NCBI RefSeq assembly: GCF_006345805.1
Contig: NW_021833455.1
Coordinates: 1-64,000 of the forward strand
Length of the DNA stretch: 64,000 nt
Direction of reading: 5' to 3'
From: Octopus sinensis
Lineage: Eukaryota
Shown here in pieces: positions 1 through 12,264 of this stretch. Position 1 is the stretch's first letter; the number at the start of each line of letters is the position of its first letter. The translations under genes and the position numbers were made by a program. A model generated the notes under the pieces. That model was not told the origin of the DNA and did not search any database. It saw nothing but the letters and a program-made list of their open reading frames with translations.

Positions 1-61
1 ATACACATTACTAATATATGAGTGTGTATAAAAGTATGTGTGTGTACATGCTTAGCTAAGC

Positions 62-489
62 ATATATACATACATACAAACGTACGTACATACGTACATA
101 CATGCATACATACATACATACATACATACATACATACATACATACATACATACATACGTACGTACGTACGTACGTACGTACGTACATACGTACATACATA
201 CATACGTACGTACGTACGTACATACATACATACATACATACATACATACATACGTTCGTACATACATACATACATACATACATACATACATACATACATA
301 CATACATACATACATACATAATACATACATACATACATAACATACATACATACACATACATACATACATACATACATACATACATACATACATACATACA
401 TACATACATACACATACATACATACATACATACATACAACATACATACATACATACATACATACATACATACATACATACATACATACA

Positions 490-521
<32 letters not shown>

Positions 522-671
522 CATACATACATACATACATACATACATACATACATACATACATACATACATACATACATACATACATACATACATACAT
601 ACATACATACATACATACATACATACATACATACATACATACATACATACATACATACATACATACATACA

Positions 672-703
<32 letters not shown>

Positions 704-705
704 CA
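62..705. repeat. (TACA)n tetranucleotide microsatellite with (TACG)n islands
   Basis: About 640 bp of near-perfect TACA repeats; this explains the YIHT/MYVC ORFs in the track. Confidence 0.98.
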
Positions 706-1234
706 GACTCATGTATGTAGCCGAAGATGGAAGAGGATGAAACAGAAGAAGTGAGAGAGTGAAAGAGAGAGAGGGGGGGGTGGAGGGGGGGAGGCATTCG
801 AAATTAGCATAAATTCTGTCCTAGATTCGGTCCTGTAATATTTCTCGATGTCGCTGGCCGAAATAACTAAGAAGAAGAAGAAAACCTAAAAAGAATTCCG
901 GCAAAACGTGATGTTTGTGTTAAAGGCCTGAAGCTTTCAATAATTTCGGGCACGTAGATATACAAGAGAGAAGAAAGAGCAGAGTTCCATATTTATTGTT
1001 TGGCGACAAAGTGTGAGAAATTCTATGATTCATTTGACCGGATGATCAGGCATTGCTTTATTCAGACAAATTTGGCCGCAATTTACGTTGGCGTCCTTAC
1101 CTTGTTCAATTGTAAATTCGGGAGTTCATCTTCAGCCCACTTCCTTATCTTCACACACACACACACACTCACGAACGCATGCATCTATACATACATACAT
1201 ATGTGTGTATGGACACATATACATACACACACAC

Positions 1235-1279
<45 letters not shown>

Positions 1280-1836
1280 ATAATATATATATATATATAC
1301 ATATAGATATATATATACATATAGATAGAGAGATAGATAGGTAGATATATATATATACATATAGATATATATATACACACACACACATTTACATACATTA
1401 TATGTGTGTTTGCTTAAATGTATATATATATATAAGTTTATATACATGTGGGCGTATGTGTGTGTGTGTGTATACATATATAGCACACATATATACACAT
1501 AAGCACACATGTATATAAACATATACACACATTCACATATAAATAATCTATAGATATGCACATATATATACATGTATCTATAGTATATGTATGTGTTTGT
1601 ATGTGTGTGTGTGTGTGTGTGTGCATCTATATTGTCTGCTTTATAGCAATTGCGTATCAATATATCCATTTATCTATTCATGTTTCTATTTACCAACATA
1701 CGCCCATCTCTGTATGTATACACACATATATACATATATTGAGCTTATAGACTGTATTCATAAAAACAAATACTGTATGTATATATATATATATATATAT
1801 ATGTATGCGTATGTATACACATTAATACATTACGTG

Positions 1837-1875
<39 letters not shown>

Positions 1876-2030
1876 GCACATACATACATAAATACACACA
1901 CACATGCACATACACACACAAGTATATATATGTCCATATGTACATGTCTATGTGTGTGTATGCATTTGTATGTATGCATGTGTGTGTATATATACATATG
2001 TATATGTATATATATATATATGTATGTATG

Positions 2031-2075
<45 letters not shown>

Positions 2076-2261
2076 GTGTGTGTTTGTGTGTGTGTAATGG
2101 TAGCTGAATGTCACGATTAAATATGTACGAAATATCTTGTGTAGCTATTGTAAATATTCAAAAATAAAAAACAAGAATACGGTGAAACATACACGCATAC
2201 AAACATACCTAAATACATAAAAACGTTACTTATGCATACCCCCTCACACACACACACACAC

Positions 2262-2292
<31 letters not shown>

Positions 2293-2447
2293 TGTATGTA
2301 TGTATGTATGTATGTATGTATGTACGTACCAATCTTACAAATTGACTGGAATAATTCTTTCGAACAACAAACTTGGTGTAGAGGATAAATATTCGTTCCG
2401 TACCGTCGGCTTTTGCTTTTCATTTGGTTCCCGACTTGCAACTCGCT

Positions 2448-2481
2448 ATGCTCTCTCTCAGAAACATTCCTTGCATCTTTG
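2448..2481 (+). CDS. Chitin-binding secreted protein, exon 1 (start of signal peptide, MLSLRNIPCIF-G)
   Basis: ATG at 2448 and strong donor G|GTAAGC at 2482. Phase 1 matches exon 2, and the join gives the signal-peptide-like MLSLRNIPCIFGLFWNMFHGINA. Confidence 0.7.
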
Positions 2482-2652
2482 GTAAGCATAAATTCTAATT
2501 TTTAAAATCTATTCCGTTTGCTCCTCTATTCTTTGAATGGTATCAATTACTGAACGGCGACCAAGCTGTAGCACTAGCTTCAATGAATTTTGTCAATCAT
2601 ATTGGTTCTTTCTCTATGTATGTATGTATGTATGTATGTATATATGTATCTA

Positions 2653-2725
<73 letters not shown>

Positions 2726-3098
2726 ACCTATTATCTGAGCATAATCCTATGAACCCGGAAAATTTAAAACAGAGGGTTACCTACTTGCAAACAAATGTGG
2801 TAACATGTAACATTATTGACCGAGGTTACCGTGGTCTTTTCCGTGGGCTTTTCTTCCCATGGATAAACCTTATCTACTCCCCCCTTTACACTTTACATCA
2901 TGACACTGTGATACACGATCTCTATTGATCGTTTTTTTTCATTTCTTTTCTACTTTTCCTTTTTTTTCTTCTTTCCCTTTTACGACCCCATTTGATCGAA
3001 AACCTACCCCACCTTTTTTTTTCCTCCCCAAAAAAGAAAAGCTCTACTTTGTAATCTGTCCCGTCTGTGTGCAGCCCTTTGTGGCTAATAAAGAAACA

Positions 3099-3168
<70 letters not shown>

Positions 3169-3198
3169 ATCTATCTATCTATCATCTATCTATCTATA

Positions 3199-3280
<82 letters not shown>

Positions 3281-3410
3281 ATCTATCTTTATCTATGTCT
3301 ACCTGATAGTCTGTATGTAGGTATAATCTATATATGTGTTTGCGTATATGTATGTATGTTTATATGTATATACACGCACGCGCGTGCGCACACACACACT
3401 TGTAAGTTCA

Positions 3411-3825
3411 GTCATGGCTATACGGTTAAGAAGCGCGCTTTGTAACCACGTCGTTTCAAGTTCAGTCTCACTGCGCGGCTTCTTGGACCAACGAATATTT
3501 GGCTGAAAGAAACTGAAGTGTGTGTGCGTGTGTGTGTTCATGTATGCGTATATGTGTGCGTGTGTGTTTGTGCGTGTGTGTGTGTGTGCGTGTGTGTGTG
3601 TGTGTGTGTGCGTGTGTGTGTGTTTCTGTTTGTCACCCCACCATCATTGACAACTGGTGTTGGTTTGTTTATGTCTCCGTGACATAACGGTTCGCCAAAA
3701 ACAATCGACAGAATAAGTACTAGGCTTTAAAAACAAGTCCTCGGGTTGATTTATCTGCCAGAACCTTTGAAGGCAGTGCCCCAGTATGGCCGCAGCCCAA
3801 TGACTGAAACAAGTAGAAAGATAAA
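3411..3825 (+). mobile_element. tRNA-derived CORE-type SINE (family B, OR2-like) with central (TG)n
   Basis: tRNA-like head and the shared tail ...GAATAAGTACTAGG...GACTGAAACAAGTA; more than 10 related copies in the window. Confidence 0.75.
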
Positions 3826-3868
3826 CGATATATACGTATGAATGAATGAATGTTTGTTTATACGCATG

Positions 3869-3902
<34 letters not shown>

Positions 3903-4351
3903 CTGTGTGTGTGTGTGTGTGTGTGTGTGAGTGTGAAGGTTGCTTTTCTTGATTACTTTTGAATGAATCCCTTTCGATAAGAATAACCAGTTTGTAACAT
4001 TAAACAAAGCTTATTACGAAACCTCAGAACTGGAAAATTCTGAATGTAATCACCATTTGATAACATTATCCAGTGGGTTTATATGTGTCTACCACACACA
4101 CACATACACACATATATACACACACACACACACAAAATACACACGCACGCACGTACGCACACATACTCATACAAACACATGCTCACACACAGATGAATCG
4201 GTACATCTGAGGATGTAGGCATGTGTCTGCATCTATGAAACTTTTAGTAATGTACAGCTGATTCAGCCTGTTTTAAATACTTCCAAACTCCAACCAAATG
4301 TTGAGTGCTGTTTTCTTTTAACTATTGGTATGTGTTTTGTGTGTGTACAGA

Positions 4352-4882
4352 TATCAGGTTGTCCAGTAAGTTCTGAACGTCTTTTAAGAAGCATAAAGGA
4401 ATATACTTCATGAACCATACTTTTAGAAGCTGCCAACTCCTCTACAAGTTCTCTAGTCATGGTATTTGAGTTTTCTTTGAGTTTTGCCTTTAAGAAATCT
4501 TCATCCAATTTTGAAGGTCTTCCACTGTAACTGTCATCTTCCAAGCTAAACTCTCCAGGTTTAAATATTGCAAACCATCTTCGAGCAGTTGATTCACCTA
4601 CAGCATCATCACCATAAGCTGCACAAATGTTTTTGCAAGTCTTTGCGGCATTTTCTCCGTTTTTAAAAATGAAAAGCATTTCAATGTGAATATGAAAATT
4701 TTGGTTATCCATTTCAAATATTGATAAAGGGTAACCGGAATGAAAGATGAATCTATTTTTAGTCAGGAACAAAAAAGAGATGCACCACCACTCTAAGCAA
4801 TGCCAAAGTCTTAACTGTGCTACATTTCAGGTGTATTCAACGAAGCACTAAAAGATTTAACTTAAAAACACTGAGAACTTTC
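4352..4882 (-). mobile_element. Internally deleted mariner element (N-terminal HTH half of transposase)
   Basis: ORF ...NAAKTCKNICAAYGDDAVGESTARRWFAIFK..EDDSYSGRP is the mariner HTH region. It is fused directly to a TIR-like end (TA-TCAGGTTGTCCAGTAAGTTC at 4352); the catalytic domain is missing. Confidence 0.9.
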
Positions 4883-4883
4883 C

Positions 4884-5025
4884 GTTTTTGGAATTTACAA
4901 AAGGAAAAAAGACAGGAGTGTAAACAACAAACAGGTGTATTAGTTTAACGCTCGGGAAGTGAGAAAGTATTTTATATTTCGAGCCTACGCTCTTCTACAG
5001 AAAGGAACACGAGAAAATAAACGTA
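4884..5025 (-). mobile_element. Short repeat family E (Penelope-type end with hammerhead-like motif), copy 1
   Basis: Reverse-complement similarity to 11110-11296; contains CCTTT-CTGTAGA-A-GAGC-GTAG-GCTC-GAAA-TATA-AAA. Confidence 0.65.
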
Positions 5026-5067
5026 TATATGCGTGTAAGTGTATGTATGTGTATGTTTGTATGGGTG

Positions 5068-5143
<76 letters not shown>

Positions 5144-6064
5144 TTGTATTTTTGTGTGTGCTGGTATGTACGTGCGTGTATGTGTTGCATGTGTGCGCAG
5201 TATGGTTGAATGGTTAAGAATTTTTCTTTGTAATCATGAACTTTTTGTATCGATCTGATTGTTTATCGATTTGGGTCACCCCAAGATTTTTGATGAAATT
5301 TCGAAGAAAGAAACTGTGGAAGCCCCTCGATTGGTTATGTCTGTGATTTAATGGTTCGGCAACCTCGTCATACCATTGCGTTACGCTGATTCTGAGGATT
5401 GCATTAAGGTTACTTGTGTCTGTAGAGTATTCCAGCACTTATGCGGCAATAAGAGAGAAAGAGAAAGGATGGGCGGGGAACGGGGATGGGGTAAAGATTG
5501 TGAAGGAAGATTAAAAAAAGGGCAAGAGGCGGCAGACACAGAATGAGGAGAAAGAACAAGAGATCAAAGGAGGTGGGTGGGGGGATAAATTAGGGAGGAA
5601 AACAATGAGAGACCGAAGAAGAAAATGTGCAGATATAAACTATGGAGAAGAAATAAGAGAGATAAACAGATGGAGAAGGGTGTAAATTAGAAGGAAAGAG
5701 TAAAAGAATTACGGAGACGTACTTGCACAGCAAGTGACCTGATCTGAGATCGTGTGCTGAAACAAAAACAATTGCAGCGTGGAAGCTGTTTAAAAGTCAT
5801 TTAAAAACACACAAAAACCATTAGATTTATTTCAACATTTAAATTTAATTTGCCAAAATATTTTCGTCGCTTTGAGACCGCGACCTGTTCACTGACAAAA
5901 TTCCATGCGGCATCTCTAAGAATGAAAGACTGAAAAAAAAAATTGAGACAGGGAAAGAAAGCGAGGTGGGAGGGAGAGAGAAGAAAATGGTAGAAAAAGC
6001 AAGAAAAATCTATTAAATGTGTGCTTTGCTTATTTATCAAAAACATTTTTTTTTTGTTCGGTAG

Positions 6065-6334
6065 GTTTGTTCTGGAACATGTTCCATGGCATCAATGCTA
6101 ATTTCAACTGTCCCAAACCATACGGTTACTTCCGAGACCCCAACAACTGCACCGTCTTCTACCGTTGTGTCAATTCATACCCGTATTTCTTCACGTGTCA
6201 AACTGGAGCTGTTTTTGATGAGATTCATGATATCTGTACATGGCCAATCAATGTACCCGAATGTTTGACAGACGATCAACATGTCACAACAACGCTACCT
6301 CCCGAAACCATTCGGCCGACACGAAGTTCTATAG
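6065..6334 (+). CDS. Chitin-binding secreted protein, exon 2 (ChtBD2/peritrophin-A/CBM14 domain plus Thr/Pro linker)
   Basis: Poly-T tract plus AG at 6063-6064, donor G|GTGTGT at 6335. Six-Cys pattern CPKPYGYFRDPNNCTVFYRCVNSYPYFFTCQTGAVFDEIHDICTWPINVPEC with the expected aromatics, followed by TTTLPPETIRPT. Confidence 0.92.
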
Positions 6335-8220
6335 GTGTGTATTTCAATTGTTCTTTATATGTTGTTTTCTTATTCCTTTGAAATGGAATTCTTTCTGAGA
6401 CAAGAAAGAACGTACGTTGTCAAGAATGTTGTAAGGTATCTGGCCAGTACTAAAATCTTCCTGAAGGGACAGTTCAAACAGATTTGTGACATTGAGTTAT
6501 AACTTAGCTGAAATATTAAGTCAATCAAATTGTGATCTTGAGACCTAAATAAGTTGGTGTCTTGGGTTATGACCAAATTTCGGTGTTGAAATATAACCGG
6601 AGGTCAGTTTTATACAATGACCAAGCTGTGGTCTTGAAACTTGCGCTTGACGTATCAAATTCTTGAAACTGCATTATATCACAGTTAACTATATTTCTAC
6701 TCTACGTGTTTGTCCGTCGGGACGACAAGGGCCATTTAGTCATTTTCGAAGGATGACTGATGACTGATGACTTGCGCATCGTCTTTGTTTAAAATGAAGA
6801 ATTACGCGTCAATCTTAGTCTCTCGTCCGATCCGTGACCGTCTTCCCTCGAGACCAGGTCAAGACGACTGAAGATAGAGACGGAGGCGGGGAATGACTCA
6901 GATGTCCCGTCTTACTCTCAACACTTCACAATGCGTTGCTGCAGTTGCTCTCCTCGTCACTGACCCATGAAAGGTTTTTTAGGCAGAGTCTACTGGACAC
7001 AGTCTTCTCGTGCATAAATATTACATACCCGTTGGCTACTCCCGCCTGGTCACAAGACCCTGGATATCATAGCTATTACACACTACATTATACTACACAG
7101 AAAAACTAAATCTCTGCCCACACTCCAGCTATGCTGCGCTTTGTTATACAATTCCCTGCATTTCTTTCTGCTCTACAAAAACACGCTGCGTGACATTCTA
7201 CTACACCACAGCACCTTCCCTTCTGCTCTCTACAATGCAACGCATCGATTCAGAGATTTTAATGGGATCTTCGTCTGGGGATGAACGGGGCTCATCGTCA
7301 CTGAAAGCCTTTAAGGAGTGACAACATTGAATCATTGAATTTTGCCCTAAAAACGAACGGGTTGTGAGGAGAGAACTGTAAACCGACGTTTCATTAACTT
7401 GATTCATCAGAGTGAAACTTCTACGCTAAGGATTCCATAAAGGAATGTGCGCGTGTGCGAGTGTGTGTGTGTGTGTCCATGCGTGCGTGCGTATGTGTGC
7501 TGTTATTATATTCAAATTGCCTATATTTTGGGCAGAGAAAAATGGAATTGTGTGGTGTCCAGGTCCTATTAGAGACGTGTTTCTGAAGTGAATTAATTTC
7601 TACTACAAATAGAAACCCGATCGATGAGAACGAATCTGAACGTACACTACACTCAATGATAAAATATTAGTCAGGCAACGAGAGAGCATCTACATTATCG
7701 TTCGACCAGCAAAAAATAGCAGCTAAATCTCCTTTAAATCACACCCTACCGTCTTTAAAAGTGAAAGACATCACCTTGATATTATCATTTGGTTTAGATT
7801 ACTAAGTGTATTTGATATTTGCTGTGCGCCAACACATTTCAATGTCAAATTCTATCTCAGAGAACCGGAGACATATACAAAGTAAACTAACTTCTATGGT
7901 GGATCGAAACTTTGCCGCTGATTTGTTTTGTTTGGTATTTTTCTCCGACAATTCATCGTCATTTCTTTGAAGACATTAACTTCAATACCAGGCTTATAGT
8001 TCCATAATATACAAGTGACGAGACATTCCCTTATAAAAACTGTTATCCTGTGTGTAATGTAGCAATCAGAAAGCGGACGGTGAGTTTGATAGAATGCCGA
8101 AGAAAACAACCGAGAGATTGGCTGCACCTATTTTGAAATAGTGTTGCGTTCTGTGATCAAAATATTTAGTTTTCAACAGCTGAATCCACCCAGCTTTATG
8201 TGAGTTTCATGGTTTATAGT

Positions 8221-8633
8221 GCGAGCTGGCAGAAACGTTAGCACGCCGGGCGAAGTGCTAAGCGGTATTTCGTCTGTCGTTACGTTCTGAGTTCAAATTC
8301 CGCCGAGGTCGACTTTGCCGTTCATCCTTTCGGGGTCGATAAATTAAGTACCAGTTACGCACTGGGGTCGATGTAATCGAATTAATACCTATGTCTGTCC
8401 TTGTTTGTCCCCTCTATGTTTAGCCCCTTGTGGGTAGTAAAGAAATAGGTATTTCGTCTGCCGTTACGGTGTGAGTTCAAATTCCGCCGAGGTCGACTTT
8501 GCCTTTCATCCTTTCGGGGTCGATAAATTAAGTACCAGTTACGCACTGGGGTCGATGTAATCGAATTAATACCTATGTCTGTCCTTTTTTGTCCCCTCTA
8601 TGTTTAGCCCCTTGTGGGTAATAAAGAAATAGG
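8221..8633 (+). mobile_element. SINE family A, full copy plus tandem 5'-truncated duplicate
   Basis: GGCGAGCTGGCAGAAACGTTAGC...GAGTTCAAATTCC (B box)...GGGGTCGATAAATTAAGTACCAG...AAAGAAATA; an approx. 185-bp unit is repeated at 8448-8633. Confidence 0.85.
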
Positions 8634-9137
8634 TAGTAGTAAACTGTCTGTTCTGAATGAGCTGTCCTATGTTCCAAGGCGATCTAGCCGTGATCATCCT
8701 GTCTCATTTCCAAACAGAGCATATCTCGCACTAGGCTGCCAAATATGTTCCACCCATCGATCTCGGTCTCACCATGGACGGTTCTAATAACGCATCAATT
8801 TTTATATGAGAGCCCCTTGCTGGTCCTTCAACCATTCTGTTTTTGGAAAAAGGTTAACTGTGAGCGACCATTCCCATTCCGCCAATGACCCTTCCCACAG
8901 TCCAAACTTAGCTGATTCCGAGAGAAAAGAATCGTCCCCAGCACTCGATTGGTAATTCATTAATCTTTGAAGGATGAAAAACAAACTTGACGCCAGGATT
9001 TGAACTCACAGCAGAGAAATCTGACTCAAGTAACGCAAGGTATTCTAAGCCACATTTTTACAACTCTTGTTAATTCGTTACCTTTTCAATGCATGAGTGT
9101 GTCAGTGAAAGACCGCTTTTATTTTATATTTCCACAG

Positions 9138-9337
9138 GCAAAAAGATAGTCACAGACAGCATAGTGCTGGAGATACCATCTGATTATATAAGCGATGAAT
9201 CTCAATGTAAATTCATCCAGTTGACTCTGAACGTTATTTTGCAAGCGTTGGTCCAAGGAAGTAGCGTCACTAAATGTCCGGATGGAATATGCGCCGTACC
9301 AAGGATAGAAGTTGTCTGCAATACTGATTACAAATGA
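9138..9337 (+). CDS. Chitin-binding secreted protein, terminal exon 3 (unrecognised 4-Cys C-terminal domain)
   Basis: Acceptor ttttatatttccacag|G in phase 1 matches exon 2; the frame is open to TGA 9335-9337. Total CDS 504 nt = 167 aa. Extra exons in 6335-9137 are not excluded. Confidence 0.75.
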
Positions 9338-9534
9338 TGGACAGTCCTTGCAAATTACAGCGAAATTAATTAAAAAGCTCAATTAATATTGCAACGCGAT
9401 TTGCTTTTCTTTCTTTCCTCCCGATACGTCTCATTTTCCTTCTCTCACTTCATATCTGTCTCTCTTTATCATGTCCCATGTTTCTTTGTCTAGCTTCCTT
9501 TTACTCTTTGCATAAAAGACGCACGGACATATTA

Positions 9535-10746
9535 TTAGGTTGGCAACTAAGTTCCCGCCGTTTTTTTTTTTTTAATTAAATTTTTTAAAAGGTTTAATAA
9601 AAATTACCAACTAATTAATCAATAATGTATTCACCCTTGGTGTTTACAACTTCTTCCTAACATTCAACAAGATTTTCAATACCTCGTTGGTAGAAATCAC
9701 CCGATTTCGACACGAAAAATGGATCCAACCAAGCTCTCAATTCTGCATCAGTATTGAACGAAACTCCGCGCATAGCATTTGAAAGAGATCGAAAGAGGTG
9801 GAAATCCGTTGGTACCAAATCAGGAGAGTACGGCGGGTGTGGCAGCATTTCCCAGCCATGCGTTTAAATGGCTTCCTTGGTCATATTGGCGATATGAGAG
9901 CGAGCGTTGTCATGCAGAAGAACTCCACGTTGCCGATTAGGTCTTTTCTCGTGAATAGCCGTGTTGAGTCGTTCCATCTGTTGAACAGAGTTCCGCGTCG
10001 ACCGTTTGGTTCCGTTCAAGCAATTCGTAATGGATAATCCCTTCCCAATCCCACCATATGCACATCGTTTTACGCGGATGAAGATCTTGTTTCACGCATG
10101 GTGTCGCTTGTTTACCAGGGCTAAGCCATTCCTTACGCTGCTTCATATTGAGGTTCAAGGAACCATTTTCCGTCGCCAGTAACGATTCGGTAAAGAAATC
10201 GTTGCTTATGTCCATGAGTTGAGCGGTGACGAGCAAGTAAACCAGCAGAGATTGTGGCTCGTTGATTTTTGTTGTTCTCACTTAAAACATGCGGAACCCA
10301 TGCTCCATACTTCTGAACCTTTCCCATCGAGTGAAGATGCTTCTCTATAACAGTGTTTGACGAAGAAATTTTAGTGCAAAAGTTGGTTTAATCACTCTTC
10401 ATCGAACTCAATTGGACAGCCAGAACGAGGTGCGTCTTTGAGGTCAAACTTTCCATCTTTGAACTTGGCATACCAATCACGAGCGGTTCTTTCAGCTATG
10501 GCACACTCTCCATACACAGCAGAAATGTCGCGAACAGCTTTTGCGGCCTTAGAACCTTGATTAAAAGCAAAAAGAAGGCGGTGTCGAAAATGCTTAACTT
10601 TTTCTTAACTTGACATTCCATTTTAATGATCTGAAAATAATCAAAAATTAACTAAAATTAACTAGAAAAAGAAAAAGATTTCAAAATTATTCAAAAATAG
10701 ATTCTAAAATTAAAAAAAAACTGCGGGAACTTAGTTACCAACCCAA
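9535..10746 (-). mobile_element. Full-length non-autonomous mariner transposon, 1.2 kb
   Basis: 24-bp TIRs (TTAGGTTGGCAACTAAGTTCCCGC, 22/24 match at the right end) flanked by TA on both sides. Confidence 0.95.
9615..10621 (-). pseudogene. Mariner (DD34D-type) transposase pseudogene
   Basis: WVPHVL, RIVTGDGKW and PHPPYSPDLVPTDFHLF motifs are spread over different frames (frameshifts, stops, a deletion). ATG at 10621, TAA at 9615-9617. Confidence 0.93.
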
Positions 10747-11063
10747 TAGATGCACCCCATTTTCATGTAAAGCAAAACGAAGAAAAAAGTCTGTTTTTAT
10801 TGTATTAATGTTTATGGGAAGCCAAACATCTTGCAGAGGACCGGGAGTGGTTTGAAAAATGTTTTTTTCAGAAAAGGTTGTACGAGATGCCATTGAATTC
10901 GATATTCGAAAAGCAAAACCGGGTAGTTCGGGTGTTAGTTCATTTCTATTCATTTCAAACAGCTTCGATAGAAAAACTGAAATATTAGGGTTTACTAATT
11001 ATCACTAATCAGTAAATCTGCCTATTGAATGTTCCATGTGTGTGCGTGTTCGTGCGTACTTGC

Positions 11064-11109
<46 letters not shown>

Positions 11110-11291
11110 GCCATGATAGATCGTTAGCCACTACACACATTTTTTCTCTTCTTGTTTCTCCCCTTTCTGTAGAAGAGCATAGGCTCGAAATATAAAAGAC
11201 TTTTTCTATTCCTGAGCGTTATACTAATACATCTGTTTGTTTTGTACACCACCTGTCTTCGTCTTTTGTTGTGTTTCTTTTCGTAAACTCT

Positions 11292-11296
<5 letters not shown>
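11110..11296 (+). mobile_element. Short repeat family E, copy 2, between (TA)n tracts
   Basis: Homologous to 4884-5025; CTTT-CTGTAGA-A-GAGC-ATAG-GCTC-GAAA-TATA-AAAG at 11163-11198. Confidence 0.65.
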
Positions 11297-11346
<50 letters not shown>

Positions 11347-11864
11347 GGTATAACGGTGGCTTGTTATAACGGCTGATTGGTTTCCACTTTTATAATGTGG
11401 TGCTTTATTTTATTTATAGTTTCTATTTGGAATAGATAACTAATATAATTTATTTCTTAAATAAGAATCTATATTGATAAACCCGTCACTTATAACTTAA
11501 TTATAAGTATTATCATTATACATAAATCTCAACACAAGCTACATAAACGCCATAGTGAAAAGTATATATATCAAGACGCTTGAAAGGACATGCTGAATGT
11601 GCATGTATGTTGAAGATAAGTTCGTGTTCTTTTTCACTGCTATAAAAACAGTTTCATAATTGCAGAAATAAATTTCATTAACAGATTGGAAAGAAGTTGA
11701 GAAAGAGAAAATATTGACTACATTAGTTTATTTATGTACATTTAATATTTACAGTCCACTTAGAAATAAAGCAATTTGTCGTAGAGAGTTACGACATAAC
11801 TTCATTACTACCTAATTCTTTCATATTAACTATCAGAGTTACACAACAATTCAAATAAGCCTTA

Positions 11865-12264
11865 GGATCTTTTCGGTTTGAACGGCAGTTTTTTGAAATA
11901 ATTTCCACGTAACTAAACACTTTTAAACTTCGTATACTGGTAGAATGTGTTTATAAAACATCTTTTTCTCTTGGCTTTATTGAGAAAATTCTATAGTTTG
12001 TAAGATATTTGTTCTTTTTTCTTCTTCAATTTCAACCAATCAATTACGTCTATTGAGGTAAAAAAAATATTTTGTGCCGTATGAATATGTACCTCGTTTA
12101 AGAAACAGATTGGGTTTATTTACATTTGTGAAGAAAAAAAGATACCCTTCCCCCTAACTCTAAAACAGATTGAAATGTAATAGATCGATACTAGGGTCAT
12201 AATTATGGGTGACAATTTCATATGACACTGCTAGAAAAAACTGCCGTTCAAACCGAAAAGATCC
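11865..12264. mobile_element. 400-bp MITE with approx. 32-bp TIRs starting GG (Merlin/hAT-like), copy 1
   Basis: GGATCTTTTCGGTTTGAACGGCAGTTTTT ... AAAAACTGCCGTTCAAACCGAAAAGATCC; second copy in the opposite orientation at 28207-28611. Confidence 0.85.

Noticed and set aside
1101-1148. Possible 48-nt - strand exon [16 protein letters not shown] with donor GTAAGG
   Set aside because: The acceptor is preceded by (GT)n rather than a pyrimidine tract, and no partner exon is visible in the window.
22-2332. Long ORFs of YIHT/MYVC/YI/CV repeats (also near 5000, 24000, 46400 and 59600)
   Set aside because: They are translations of stop-free microsatellites, with no splice or codon evidence.
5700-5910. 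Hairpin GTCGC/GCGAC followed by GAAA-ATAT on the - strand, resembling a hammerhead
   Set aside because: The upstream core reads CAGTGAACAG, not CUGANGA; single copy, too degenerate to call.
6707-7081. GC-richer block with TGT...ACA ends, possible solo LTR
   Set aside because: No TSD, no second copy and no PBS or PPT.
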